From Dokdonella sp. (GTDB lineage: Bacteria > Pseudomonadota > Gammaproteobacteria > Xanthomonadales > Rhodanobacteraceae), in assembly GCF_035703485.1 (NCBI RefSeq), contig NZ_DASSYD010000207.1:8126-72125 (forward strand): 64,000 nucleotides of DNA. Direction: 5' to 3'. A program made the translations under genes and the position numbers. Below are positions 19,031 to 28,543 of the stretch, piece after piece. The stretch's first letter is position 1. Each line of letters starts with the position of its first letter. The notes below the pieces were generated by a model. It made no database searches. It saw only the letters and a list, made by a program, of their open reading frames with translations, and was not told where the DNA came from.

Positions 19031-19747
19031 ATGACCCAGCTTTCCGTCGTCGTGCCGGTCTTCAATGAGCGCGACAATGTTCTGCCATTGATCAACGAGA
19101 TCACCACGGCGCTGCGTGGCGTCATTGATTTCGAGATCGTCTATGTCGACGACGCCAGCAAAGACGACACTCTCGCCGTGCTCAGCACAGCCAAGGCCGA
19201 CAATCCGGAACTGCGCGTGATTCGCCATCTTTCGCAGAGCGGTCAGAGTACCGCCGTGCGCAACGGCATCAAGGCCGCCCGCGGTGCGTGGATCGCGACC
19301 CTCGATGGCGATGGCCAGAATGATCCGGCTGATATTCCCAAGCTGCTCGCCATGCGTGACGAATCGCCCGCACAGATCAAATTGTTCGCTGGCTGGCGCG
19401 TCAATCGCAAGGATACCGGCAGCAAGCGCATCGCCTCGAAGCTGGCCAACGCGATCCGCAGTCGATTGCTGCGCGATGCCACGCCGGATACCGGTTGCGG
19501 CATCAAGCTGTTCGAGCGCGAGGTCTTTCTCGATCTGCCCTACTTCGACCATATGCACCGCTATCTGCCGGCCTTGATGCAGCGTGCCGGCTGGCAAGTC
19601 AAGAGCGTACCGGTCAACCATCGCGCTCGTGGCACCGGAATTTCCAAGTACAACAACCTCAATCGCGCCCTAGTGGGTATATCCGATTTGCGCGGCGTGG
19701 CCTGGCTGATCCGCCGCTCGAAGCGCACGGCGACTGAGGAAATCTGA
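19031..19747 (+). CDS. Family-2 glycosyltransferase (polyprenol-phosphate sugar transferase-like)
   Basis: Start trimmed to MTQLSVVVPVFNERDNV. Also VDDASKDDT and LDGDGQNDP (DxD) with a C-terminal basic region. Confidence 0.8.
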   Translation: MTQLSVVVPVFNERDNVLPLINEITTALRGVIDFEIVYVDDASKDDTLAVLSTAKADNPELRVIRHLSQSGQSTAVRNGIKAARGAWIATLDGDGQNDPADIPKLLAMRDESPAQIKLFAGWRVNRKDTGSKRIASKLANAIRSRLLRDATPDTGCGIKLFEREVFLDLPYFDHMHRYLPALMQRAGWQVKSVPVNHRARGTGISKYNNLNRALVGISDLRGVAWLIRRSKRTATEEI

Positions 19748-19952
19748 GCTTTCCAGCTTGCGGATGCAGCCGGAATAGGCTATAAAGCGCGGCTAGCTTT
19801 GGCCCGTTCTCCGGTTTTCCCGGATGCATGGAGCCCGGTACACGACCCCTCTGTCGCATGGCCAAAGCAACCCCAGCATCGTGTGGCGCATCGACGTCGC
19901 TGGGCCGAATCCGTCCTGGCCAAGGGCGGTAACCGACAATGACGAGGTTCGC

Positions 19953-20189
19953 ATGTCCAACGTATGCCAAGTCACCGGAAAAAGTTTCCAATCCGGTAAT
20001 AATGTTTCACACGCCAACAACAAATCGCGCCGCCGCTGGCTGCCGAATCTTCACGAACGCCGTTTCTGGGTCGCCGGTGAAAACCGCTGGATCAAGCTCA
20101 AGGTCTCCAACCATGGCCTGCGCACGATCGACAAGAAAGGTATCGAAGTAGTCATTGCCGAGCTGCGTGCGCGCGGCGCGAAGATCTGA
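19953..20189 (+). CDS. rpmB: 50S ribosomal protein L28
   Basis: [33 protein letters not shown]... The track ORF was trimmed by 43 codons. Confidence 0.95.
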   Translation: MSNVCQVTGKSFQSGNNVSHANNKSRRRWLPNLHERRFWVAGENRWIKLKVSNHGLRTIDKKGIEVVIAELRARGAKI

Positions 20190-20202
20190 GGAGTATTGAA
20201 TC

Positions 20203-20367
20203 ATGGCATCCAAGCGCGACAAGATCCGCCTCGTGTCCTCCGCCGGCACCGGTCATTTCTACACCACCGACAAGAACAAGAAGAACACGCCCGAGAAGAT
20301 GGAGATCAAGAAATACGATCCCGTCATCCGCAAGCATGTGGCCTACAAGGAAGCCAAGATCAAGTGA
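20203..20367 (+). CDS. rpmG: 50S ribosomal protein L33
   Basis: My own translation gives [54 protein letters not shown] (54 aa, below the ORF-track cutoff). Confidence 0.95.
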   Translation: MASKRDKIRLVSSAGTGHFYTTDKNKKNTPEKMEIKKYDPVIRKHVAYKEAKIK

Positions 20368-20456
20368 AGCATCGGCCCGCGCGCACAGCGCGCGGCTTCG
20401 CCAATGCTTCACCCCGGTGCAGGCCGGACTCTTGATCTTGCTTTGCTTCAACAAAT

Positions 20457-20482
20457 AGCCCGCCACCCGGCGGGTTTTTTGT
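20457..20482 (+). terminator. Rho-independent terminator after rpmG
   Basis: agcccgcc-accc-ggcgggtttttt. Confidence 0.85.
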
Positions 20483-20500
20483 TGGTTGAAAATCGCTATT

Positions 20501-20575
20501 CGCCCTCCTACCTCTCGTCGAGCCTGTCCTGAGCTTGCCGAAGGGCAGGGGCGACGGAGGAGTGGGAGGCGAGGG
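20501..20575. repeat. Imperfect C-rich/G-rich hairpin, possibly a degenerate relative of the heptamer-hairpin elements
   Basis: cgccctcctacctctcgtcg...cgacggaggagtgggaggcg, with an inner cctgtcc...gggcagg pairing. The arms are only partly complementary. Confidence 0.4.
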
Positions 20576-20678
20576 AAAAATGGCAGGGATGCCGTGCGTC
20601 AAGGGAAAGTGCCAAAAACTACCATGAAACCGATTGCCCCTTGCCCTTCTCCTCAATAGAAACAACAATCCCTGCGGC

Positions 20679-21617
20679 ATGAATCAAACTCCCCCTGTAC
20701 TTTCCCTCAGCAACGTATCCCGACAATTGTCCGGACGCGCGATCATCAGCGATCTCGATCTCAGCCTTGATCGTGGCGAAGTTCTCGGTCTGCTTGGCAT
20801 CAACGGTGCCGGCAAGTCGACCACGTTGCGCATGATCTCGGGCATGCTTGCGCCGAGTTCGGGCAGCGTGAAGCTGGCGGGCCTCGACCTCTACGAGCAC
20901 CCTGAGCGCGCCCGACGCGATATTGGCTATTTGCCCGAGGAGCCGCCGCTTTATGGCGAACTCAACGTCGAGGAATACCTGCGTTTCTGCGCGCGCTTGC
21001 ATGGTATTCCTCGCACGGCAATCAACGCCGCCGTCGAGACGGCAATCGAGCGCTGCGAGCTCGGCGAGATGCGTCGTCGCTTGACCAGCTTGTTGTCTAA
21101 AGGCTTCCGTCAACGCGTCGGGCTGGCTCAGGCCATCGTCCACGAACCGGCCCTGATCGTGCTGGATGAACCGGCCTCGGGCCTCGATCCGATTCAGGCC
21201 CTGCGCTTGCGCGAATTGATCCGCGCCCTCGCCGACGATCATGCGGTGGTGCTCTCGACCCACGTACTGTCGGATGTGCTGGCCTGCTGCGATCGGGTCG
21301 CGATCCTGCATCAGGGACGCCTGCGCCATTCAGCAGTGATGTCCGAACTCGACGCAAGCAGCGCGCTGCATGTGCACATCGAGCGCGATGTCGACAAGGA
21401 GGCATGGATGCGCATGCCAATGGTCGCCAGCGCTCAGGTCATCGACACGCGACGCTGGCGTATCGAGCTTTCCCGGGATGCCAGCGCCGGCGATCTGGCC
21501 AGGGCGATCAACGAAGCGGGCTTCGGCCTGCTCGAACTGCGCGCGGACAACAACGCGCTGCAGGACATTTTCGTTCAGATCGCTGGCGAGACCGCGACCG
21601 TCAAGGCCGCCGCATGA
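20679..21617 (+). CDS. ABC transporter ATP-binding protein (ABC-2/GldA-like)
   Basis: Walker A GINGAGKSTT, signature LSKGFRQRVGLA, Walker B LIVLDEPASGLD. Start trimmed to MNQTPPVLSL. Confidence 0.85.
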   Translation: MNQTPPVLSLSNVSRQLSGRAIISDLDLSLDRGEVLGLLGINGAGKSTTLRMISGMLAPSSGSVKLAGLDLYEHPERARRDIGYLPEEPPLYGELNVEEYLRFCARLHGIPRTAINAAVETAIERCELGEMRRRLTSLLSKGFRQRVGLAQAIVHEPALIVLDEPASGLDPIQALRLRELIRALADDHAVVLSTHVLSDVLACCDRVAILHQGRLRHSAVMSELDASSALHVHIERDVDKEAWMRMPMVASAQVIDTRRWRIELSRDASAGDLARAINEAGFGLLELRADNNALQDIFVQIAGETATVKAAA

Positions 21618-22372
21618 GCGCGATCCGTCTGCTCGCCGGCAACGACATCAAGCGCCAGTTCGCGCAGCCGTTCGCGTGGATATTGCTGGGCCTGATCTGT
21701 GCCCTGCTCGCCTGGCAATTCCTGATCGCGCTGGATGCCTATTTGCGTATTGCGCCGAAGCTCGGCGCGGTGGCCAATTCGCAAGGCGCAACCGACTTGA
21801 TCGCGATTCCGCTGCTGCGCAGCCTCTCGGGCTTGCTCATTCTGATTGTGCCGCTGGCGACCATGCAAAGCCTGGCCGGCGAACGACGCGCGCACACCTT
21901 GCCGCTGCTGCTGGCGGCTGGCATTGGCAATCTGCGCATCGTGCTTGGCAAGTTTCTCGGCGCATTCATGCTCGTTGCCCTGATCGTACTGCTCGCCGTG
22001 TGCATGCCCTTGATGCTCGAATTCGGCACCACGCTCGACCTCGGCCGCCTTGTCGCGACAACGCTGGGATTGCTGCTGTTTGGCGCCAGCCTGACCGCGA
22101 TCGGCATTGCCTGCTCGGCGTGGACGGCGCATCCCGCGCTGGCCGCCGCAGCCGCATTGATCATTGGCAGCTTGCTGGTGATGCTCGACATGGGTGCACG
22201 CTTCCAGGGCATCGACAACGCGTTGATCAACTGGTTGTCGATGTCGACTCATCTGGAACCGTTCTTCTTCGGCCTGGTTTCCAGTGTCGATATCGTCTAT
22301 TTCCTGCTCGTCACGTTGCTCGCGCTGCTGCTTGCCGCACGTCGCCTCGACAGCCTGCGCACGCGAGGCTGA
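21614..22372 (+). CDS. ABC-2 type transporter permease (GldF-like)
   Basis: MSAIRLLAGNDIKRQFAQPFAWILLG... with about 6 TM spans. ATGA overlap with the ATPase gene. Confidence 0.75.
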   Translation: MSAIRLLAGNDIKRQFAQPFAWILLGLICALLAWQFLIALDAYLRIAPKLGAVANSQGATDLIAIPLLRSLSGLLILIVPLATMQSLAGERRAHTLPLLLAAGIGNLRIVLGKFLGAFMLVALIVLLAVCMPLMLEFGTTLDLGRLVATTLGLLLFGASLTAIGIACSAWTAHPALAAAAALIIGSLLVMLDMGARFQGIDNALINWLSMSTHLEPFFFGLVSSVDIVYFLLVTLLALLLAARRLDSLRTRG

Positions 22373-22375
22373 TCG

Positions 22376-23725
22376 ATGAACGAACGCCTGACCAATATTC
22401 TTCACCTCATTTTGCTGATCGCGGCCGCGCTGCTGATCGGTTTCCTGAGCACGCGTTACGGTTTCGTCCGCGATTTCAGCAGCAGCCGGCATGCCAGTCT
22501 GAGCGAGCCGTCGACGAAGTTGCTTGAATCGATGCAGGGGCCGATCGAGATCGTTTCCTACGCGCGACCCCAGGGCAATCTGCGCGAGACGATTGAGAAA
22601 TTCATCGCCCGCTACGAGCGCGTCAAATCCGATCTGACCCTCCGATTCATCGACCCCGATGCCGATCCCGAAGCGATGCGCGAGGCCGGTGTGCAGATCG
22701 ATGGCGAGCTCGAGCTGCGCTACAACGGTCGCAGTGAACGCCTCAAGAGCTTGAGTGAAACGGATGTCAGCAGTGCCCTGCTGCGCCTTTCGCGGGCACG
22801 CGAACGCGTGGTCGCCTTTCTCGAAGGCGAAGGTGAGCGCAAACACGATGGCGTGGCCAATGCCGATCTCGGCCAGTTCGGCGCAACCCTGAAGCAACGT
22901 GGCATCCACAGTGTCAACCTCGCCCTCGCAACAATCGGCAAGGTCCCCGACAACGTCGACCTGTTGGTCATCGCCAACCCGCGCGTGGCCCTGTCCGGAC
23001 CCTCCGCAATGGCCGTCGTTGACTACCTAGAACGTGGCGGAAATTTGCTTTGGCTGATCGAGCCGGATGAGGACAACGGTCTCGACGCACTCAGCGAGGC
23101 CTTGTCGATCCGTGTGTTGCCGGGGGTTATCGTCGATGGCGCGGGCCAGGCGTACGGCATCGAGGATCCAAGCTTCGTCGCGGTCAATCGCTACCCGAGT
23201 CACGCAATCGACAAGGATTTCGATCTCGGCACGCTGTTTCCGCAACCCGTCGCGCTGGCCCAACTCGCGCCACCCAAATGGGATTTCAAATCCATCCTGC
23301 AAAGCTCGGCGCAATCCTGGAATGAGACTGGTCACATACCCAAACCGGGTGAGCCGGCTGGCGACGTGCGCTACGACGGCACCGATGGTGAAATTTCAGG
23401 CCCGCTCGATTTTGGATTCGCGCTGACCCGTTTGTCGCCGCGTCCCGGTGAACGCGAGCAGCGCGTCGTCGTCATCGGTGATGGCGATTTCCTCTCCAAC
23501 AGCTATCTCGGCAACGGCGGCAATCGCGAATTCGGCACCCGCGTATTCGACTGGCTGCTGGCCGATGACGCCTTGATCGATGTTCCCGAAGCCAGCGCCA
23601 AAGACCGCACGATTGCGCTTTCCGATACTGCCCTGGCCATTATCAGTTTCGGCTTTCTGCTCGGTTTGCCGATCCTGCTGATCGGCAGCGGACTGTGGAT
23701 CTGGCGTCGGCGTCGGCGGCGCTGA
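22376..23725 (+). CDS. GldG-family ABC-transport auxiliary protein
   Basis: N- and C-terminal TM anchors around a large periplasmic domain, in the position and at the size typical of GldG-like proteins after an ABC-2 pair. It ends in RRRRRR. Confidence 0.7.
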   Translation: MNERLTNILHLILLIAAALLIGFLSTRYGFVRDFSSSRHASLSEPSTKLLESMQGPIEIVSYARPQGNLRETIEKFIARYERVKSDLTLRFIDPDADPEAMREAGVQIDGELELRYNGRSERLKSLSETDVSSALLRLSRARERVVAFLEGEGERKHDGVANADLGQFGATLKQRGIHSVNLALATIGKVPDNVDLLVIANPRVALSGPSAMAVVDYLERGGNLLWLIEPDEDNGLDALSEALSIRVLPGVIVDGAGQAYGIEDPSFVAVNRYPSHAIDKDFDLGTLFPQPVALAQLAPPKWDFKSILQSSAQSWNETGHIPKPGEPAGDVRYDGTDGEISGPLDFGFALTRLSPRPGEREQRVVVIGDGDFLSNSYLGNGGNREFGTRVFDWLLADDALIDVPEASAKDRTIALSDTALAIISFGFLLGLPILLIGSGLWIWRRRRRR

Positions 23726-24519
23726 TGAAACGCGCGACGCGTACCAACCTGATCCTGATCGGCGTGGTCGTCGCGCTTGGTCTCGCCGCGTATTGGCAGG
23801 TCAGTCGCGAAATGGCCCGCTTCGAGCCACCGCTCAGCACACTTGATCCTGCGAGCATCCAGCAGGTACGCGTCGCTTGCCTGCAATGTACGCCGCGCCG
23901 TTTTGAACGAGCCGACGGACACTGGATGATGCGTGAACCTTACGATCTGCCCGCCGACGATGCGCAGATTGCACGACTGCTTTCGATTGCCGCTTCTCCG
24001 GTGCGCAGTCGACGCCCGCTGGCGAGCCTGGATGCGAAGAAGATCGGACTCGATCCAGCCTTGATGAGCCTCGAACTTGATTCCACGCACTTCGATTTCG
24101 GCACGACCGATACCTTCAATGGTGACCGTTATGTGCGTATTGGCGACAGCATTGCGATGGCGCCGGATCGGTTCAGTCCATTCCTCCTCGCCGCACCGGC
24201 CAGCGAGCTTGATCGGCACCTGGTTCCGCGTGGATCGACGCTGAGCGGAATGAGCATTGATCAGGTCGATCGCCCGGATCTGGTTGCCGCCTGGAGTGAT
24301 GCGCTGGCCAGCCGGATAACCGCTCGCAACGATCCGGCTACCTCCGCCAATGGCGTAAAAATCACTTTGAAGCTCAGCGATGGCTCGACGATCAGCTATC
24401 GTCTCGTTCGTGATGGCGATACCTTTATTGCCGACCGCAATGAACCCGCGTTGCGCTATGGCTTGACGCCCGAACAGGCCACAACATTGCTGGGCGACGC
24501 CGAAGCCGGCGCACATTAA
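23725..24519 (+). CDS. DUF4340-like periplasmic protein, fourth gene of the ABC-2/GldG module
   Basis: MKRATRTNLILIGVVVALGLAAYWQ anchor. Start overlaps the gldG-like stop. The family call comes from conserved context and is tentative. Confidence 0.55.
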   Translation: MKRATRTNLILIGVVVALGLAAYWQVSREMARFEPPLSTLDPASIQQVRVACLQCTPRRFERADGHWMMREPYDLPADDAQIARLLSIAASPVRSRRPLASLDAKKIGLDPALMSLELDSTHFDFGTTDTFNGDRYVRIGDSIAMAPDRFSPFLLAAPASELDRHLVPRGSTLSGMSIDQVDRPDLVAAWSDALASRITARNDPATSANGVKITLKLSDGSTISYRLVRDGDTFIADRNEPALRYGLTPEQATTLLGDAEAGAH

Positions 24520-24528
24520 GGCAACGCC

Positions 24529-25341
24529 GTGCCCGAACTGCCCGAAGTTGAAACAACGCGCCGCGGAATCGAACCTTATTTGCTCGAGCAGCGAATTTCA
24601 CGACTCGTCATTCGCCAGCCGCAATTGCGCTGGCCGATCCCGCAAACGCTGATTGCCGCCCTGCCCGGCAAGCGCATCGAATCGATCGAGCGTCGGGCCA
24701 AGTACCTGCTCGTCAATACGCCGGTTGGCAGCGCGCTCCTGCACCTGGGCATGTCAGGCAGCCTGCGCGTGCTTGATCCGCAAACGCCGCCGGGCAAGCA
24801 CGATCACTACGACTGGTTGCTCGATTCGGGGCGCATGTTGCGCTTCACCGATCCACGCCGCTTCGGCAGCCTGCTCTGGCAACCGCTGGGCAGCACCCAC
24901 GATCTGCTCGCGCGCCTGGGACCCGAACCGCTCGGTGAGCGCTTTGATGGCGACTATCTGTGGCGGCTTTCACGCGGGCGCTCGGCCTCGGTCAAGACTT
25001 TCATCATGGATCAGGCCATTGTCGTCGGCGTCGGCAACATCTACGCCGCCGAAGCGCTATTCGCGGCCGGCATCCATCCACGGCGCAAGGCCGGATCGGT
25101 GTCACGAAATCGCTATGCAAACCTCGCCGAGGCAATCAAGCGGATCCTCAGCTACGCGATCGAACGCGGCGGCACGACCCTGCGCGACTTCATCTCACCG
25201 GACGGCGTTCCCGGCTATTTCGAGCAGGAATTGTTTGTCTATGGCCGCGCAGGCGAGCCGTGTCGCAACTGCGGAGCACCCGTGCGGTCGATCACGCTGG
25301 GGCAGCGTTCGACGTTTTATTGCCCTCGGTGTCAGAGGTGA
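24529..25341 (+). CDS. mutM: Formamidopyrimidine-DNA glycosylase
   Basis: [14 protein letters not shown]-terminus (GTG start) and a C-terminal zinc finger CRNCGAPV...FYCPRCQ. Confidence 0.95.
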   Translation: MPELPEVETTRRGIEPYLLEQRISRLVIRQPQLRWPIPQTLIAALPGKRIESIERRAKYLLVNTPVGSALLHLGMSGSLRVLDPQTPPGKHDHYDWLLDSGRMLRFTDPRRFGSLLWQPLGSTHDLLARLGPEPLGERFDGDYLWRLSRGRSASVKTFIMDQAIVVGVGNIYAAEALFAAGIHPRRKAGSVSRNRYANLAEAIKRILSYAIERGGTTLRDFISPDGVPGYFEQELFVYGRAGEPCRNCGAPVRSITLGQRSTFYCPRCQR

Positions 25342-25342
25342 A

Positions 25343-25540
25343 GGGGAGTGGGGAGTGGGGAGTGGGGAGTGGGGAGTGGGGAGTGGGAAATAGGAAAAGC
25401 CGCTCGCGGTATGCGATATCGTCGCAATTGATTCCATCTTCGGCGAGATCTTGAAAATGCGCTGGTGGGTCGAATGAGGTTGAACTCGTCACGCATTGCT
25501 TTCCTATTTCCCACTCCCCACTCCCCACTCCCCACTCCCA
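25343..25540. repeat. Heptamer inverted-repeat element filling the whole mutM/tdk convergent intergenic region
   Basis: The left arm is (GGGGAGT)x6 + gggaaataggaaaagc. The right arm is gctttcctatttccc + (ACTCCCC)x4. About 95 nt of unrelated sequence lies between the arms. Confidence 0.9.
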
Positions 25541-25541
25541 T

Positions 25542-26162
25542 TCAAAGCGGTAAGACGGATTGCTGCAACTCGATGCGGCCTTCGCCGGCGACGATTTTCT
25601 TGAACTCGGCGCGACTGACCGAGACGTAGCGTTCATTGCCGCCGATCTCGACCTGCGGGCCGTCGGTCAGCGCGCGGCCGTGTTCGTCGACGCGCACGAC
25701 CATCGTTGCCTTGCGCCCGGTGTGGCAGATTGTCTTGATCTCGTCGAGCTTGTCGGCCCAGGCCAGCAGGTACTGGCTGCCCTCGAACAGTTCGCCGCGG
25801 AAATCCGTGCGCAGACCATAAGCCAGAACCGGAATACCACGCTTGTCGGCGACATCGGTCAATTGCCAGACCTGGGCCTTGCTCAGGAACTGTGCTTCGT
25901 CGACCAAGACGCAATCAAGCTTGCCGTTGGCGGCGATATCGGCATCGATCAAGGCGAGCAGATCGTCATCACGATCAAAACGCAGGCCGGCGGCCTTGAG
26001 CCCGATACGCGAAGCAACCACGCCCTCACCGGCGCGATTGTCCAGCTTTGGCGTCATGATCCGCGTGCGCATGCCGCGCTCATGATAGTTGTACGCGCTC
26101 TGCAGCAGCGTCGTCGTCTTGCCGGCATTCATGGCTGAGTAGTAGAAATAGAGTTTGGACAT
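25542..26162 (-). CDS. tdk: Thymidine kinase
   Basis: [26 protein letters not shown]... with VDEAQFL. Confidence 0.95.
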   Translation of the reverse strand: MSKLYFYYSAMNAGKTTTLLQSAYNYHERGMRTRIMTPKLDNRAGEGVVASRIGLKAAGLRFDRDDDLLALIDADIAANGKLDCVLVDEAQFLSKAQVWQLTDVADKRGIPVLAYGLRTDFRGELFEGSQYLLAWADKLDEIKTICHTGRKATMVVRVDEHGRALTDGPQVEIGGNERYVSVSRAEFKKIVAGEGRIELQQSVLPL

Positions 26163-26170
26163 TTACGAGC

Positions 26171-26552
26171 GGGAGTGGGGAGTGGGGAGTGGGGAGTGGG
26201 GATTTGGCAAGTCAAGAGCCCTTAAGGCAACGCTGATCAAGTGGCGCAATCGTCACGACACCTGTCTGCGTGCAGACAGGTGTCGCCTAACCGATTGATT
26301 TTATTGAAACAGGTGGCATCCAGAAGGTCCGCCAGTCGTGCTGCGCGGCTCGTCAAGGCAACCAGCCTTCACTTCGCCACGCAGCACGACTGGCGAACCT
26401 TCTGAAGGCCATGACGGTTGTGCCACTTGATCAGCGTTGCCTTAATTGTGCCCGTGTGCGGCGATTGCGTCATGTAATGGGTGGCTGGACCGGTCGTCTA
26501 TGCGAAAATCCCGCGCTGTTGCCTGCCTACTCCCTACTCCCCACTCCCGCTC
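26171..26552. repeat. Split heptamer-hairpin element (G-rich arm 26171-26201, C-rich arm 26527-26552) with a MITE-like element lodged between the arms
   Basis: gggagtggggagtggggagtggggagtgggga ... ctactccctactccccactcccgctcc. It lies in the divergent region between tdk and rep. Confidence 0.7.
26223..26444 (+). mobile_element. MITE-like non-autonomous element, copy 1 (222 bp, 22-bp terminal inverted repeats, no ORF)
   Basis: The ends are aaggcaacgctgatcaagtggc ... gccacttgatcagcgttgcctt. Internal long hairpins are gacacctgtctgc/gcagacaggtgtc and cagaaggtccgccagtcgtgctgcg/cgcagcacgactggcgaaccttctg. It is nearly identical to 33565-33850. Confidence 0.75.
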
Positions 26553-26557
26553 CAACC

Positions 26558-28534
26558 ATGCTCAACCCCTACCAACGTGCCGCCATTGATTACTGCGATG
26601 GCCCGCTGCTCGTGCTTGCAGGCGCGGGTTCGGGCAAGACGCGGGTGATCACGGAGAAAATCGCCCATCTGGTCAAACGCAAGAACCTGTCGGCATCGAA
26701 AATTGCCGCGATTACGTTTACCAACAAGGCCGCACGCGAGATGCGCGAGCGTGTCGGCAAGCTGATCCAGGGTCCGGCGGCGGAGGGATTGACCGTTTGC
26801 ACGTTTCACGCGCTTGGCCTCAAGTTCTTGCAGATCGAGCATGCGCGGGCCAATCTGCGTCGCGGATTCTCCGTGCTTGACGCCGATGACAGTCAGGGCT
26901 TGATCAAGGATCTTGCGCCGAATGGCATCAAGAAGGATGCGTTGTGGGCGCTGCAGTCGCTGGTCTCGCGGGCCAAGAACGAGGGCCTCACGCCCGAACA
27001 GGCCGAGGCCAATGCGGGTGGAGTGCGTGAACGCGAGGCGGCGGACATTTATGCGGCTTACCAGAAGCGACTTGCGGCCTTCAATGCCGTGGATTTCGAT
27101 GACCTGATCCGTCTGCCGCTGCAGATTCTCGAAAGCGATGATGAGGCGCGGGCCGCCTGGCAAGAGCGCATCCGCTACCTGCTGCTGGATGAGTACCAGG
27201 ATACGAACACCGCGCAATATCGGCTGGTCAAGGCGCTGGCGGGCGAGCGCGGCATGTTTACGGCCGTTGGTGACGATGACCAGAGCATTTACGCCTGGCG
27301 TGGTGCGAACCCGGAAAACCTCGGCGAGCTGTCGCGCGACTATCCGAAGCTCAAGGTGATCAAGCTTGAGCAGAACTACCGTTGCGGGCGACGCATCCTG
27401 CGCGTGGCCAATGCGCTGATCGCGAACAATGATCATCTGTTCGAGAAGAAGCTCTGGAGCGAAGGCGCTGAAGGGCCGCCGATCCGCGTGCTCGAATGCC
27501 GCGACGATGAGCACGAGGCCGAGCGTGTCGCCGCCGAAATCGCGCATCTGGTCGAGAAGCACAAGACGCGCTGGAACGAGTTCGCGATCCTGTATCGCGG
27601 CAATCACCAATCGCGTGCGCTGGAAAAAGCCTTGCGCATCGCCCGTGTGCCCTATCACCTGAGTGGCGGCACCGCCTTTCTGGAACGCGCCGAGGTCAAG
27701 GATCTGCTTGCCTATCTGCGCCTGATCAACAACCCGGATGACGACGCGGCATTTCTGCGCATCGTCAATATTCCACGCCGCGACATCGGTGCGACCTCAC
27801 TGGAAAAACTCGGCCAAGCCGCCGGTGTCCGTCACATCTCGATGTTCAAGGCAGCGCAGAACGACACCGTGCTGGCCGGGCTGGCAGCACGTCCGGCCTC
27901 GGCGCTGGTTGGATTCGTCAGCCTGATGCGCGATCTCGCGCGTCTTGCAGAACGCAGCGCCGCTGCGGATCTGGTCGATCAACTGATCGAGCGCGTCGGC
28001 TATGCCGAGCACATCGGCGCACAGATCAAGGAGCCGGGCTTGCGTGCGCGTCGACTCGAGAATCTCAAGGAACTCAGCGAGTGGTTCCGTGCCATGCAGA
28101 AGGAAGGCGCTGCCGGCGATCTCGCCGCCCAGCTCGCCCTGCTTACGCATGGTGATCGAGACGATCCGGGCAATGCCGTGCGCCTGATGACCTTGCATTC
28201 GGCCAAGGGACTGGAATTTCGCTTTGTCTTTATCGTCGGTGTCGAGGAAGGCTCGTTTCCGCACGAGGCCAGCATTGACGAGGGCCGCCTCGATGAAGAA
28301 CGCCGCCTGATGTATGTCGGCATCACCCGCGCCAAGGAACATCTCAGCTTGAGTTTCACCCGGCGCAAGCGTCGCTTCGGCGAGATCATTGCCAACGATC
28401 CGAGTCGTTTTCTTGGCGAATTGCCTGCCTCCGACCTGCACTGGTCCGGTCGCGATAGCGAACAGGACGAGGTGCAGCGCAAGGAAGTGGCCAACTCAAG
28501 CATCGCCAAACTGGCGGCCTTGTTTGACGACTGA
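26558..28534 (+). CDS. rep: ATP-dependent DNA helicase Rep (UvrD/Rep SF1 family)
   Basis: Start trimmed to MLNPYQRAAIDYCDGPLLVLAGAGSGKTRVITEKIAHLV. Also TFTNKAAREM, LLDEYQDTN and VGDDDQSIYAWRGA. The VITxKIAHL block matches Rep better than UvrD. Confidence 0.9.
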   Translation: MLNPYQRAAIDYCDGPLLVLAGAGSGKTRVITEKIAHLVKRKNLSASKIAAITFTNKAAREMRERVGKLIQGPAAEGLTVCTFHALGLKFLQIEHARANLRRGFSVLDADDSQGLIKDLAPNGIKKDALWALQSLVSRAKNEGLTPEQAEANAGGVREREAADIYAAYQKRLAAFNAVDFDDLIRLPLQILESDDEARAAWQERIRYLLLDEYQDTNTAQYRLVKALAGERGMFTAVGDDDQSIYAWRGANPENLGELSRDYPKLKVIKLEQNYRCGRRILRVANALIANNDHLFEKKLWSEGAEGPPIRVLECRDDEHEAERVAAEIAHLVEKHKTRWNEFAILYRGNHQSRALEKALRIARVPYHLSGGTAFLERAEVKDLLAYLRLINNPDDDAAFLRIVNIPRRDIGATSLEKLGQAAGVRHISMFKAAQNDTVLAGLAARPASALVGFVSLMRDLARLAERSAAADLVDQLIERVGYAEHIGAQIKEPGLRARRLENLKELSEWFRAMQKEGAAGDLAAQLALLTHGDRDDPGNAVRLMTLHSAKGLEFRFVFIVGVEEGSFPHEASIDEGRLDEERRLMYVGITRAKEHLSLSFTRRKRRFGEIIANDPSRFLGELPASDLHWSGRDSEQDEVQRKEVANSSIAKLAALFDD

Positions 28535-28543
28535 TCCGAGTGT

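Noticed and set aside
24516-24528. aaggcaacgcc just before mutM, and aagggcaacgctg at 44739, as further MITE ends
   Set aside because: Only 10-13 nt match the 22-bp terminal repeat and no partner end or internal sequence is present, so this is compatible with chance in GC-rich DNA.
1012-26552. Possibility that the repeated GGGGAGT tracts are CRISPR arrays
   Set aside because: The units are 7 nt and strictly tandem with no spacers, and no cas genes are in the window. The organisation is tandem microsatellite plus inverted arms, not repeat-spacer.
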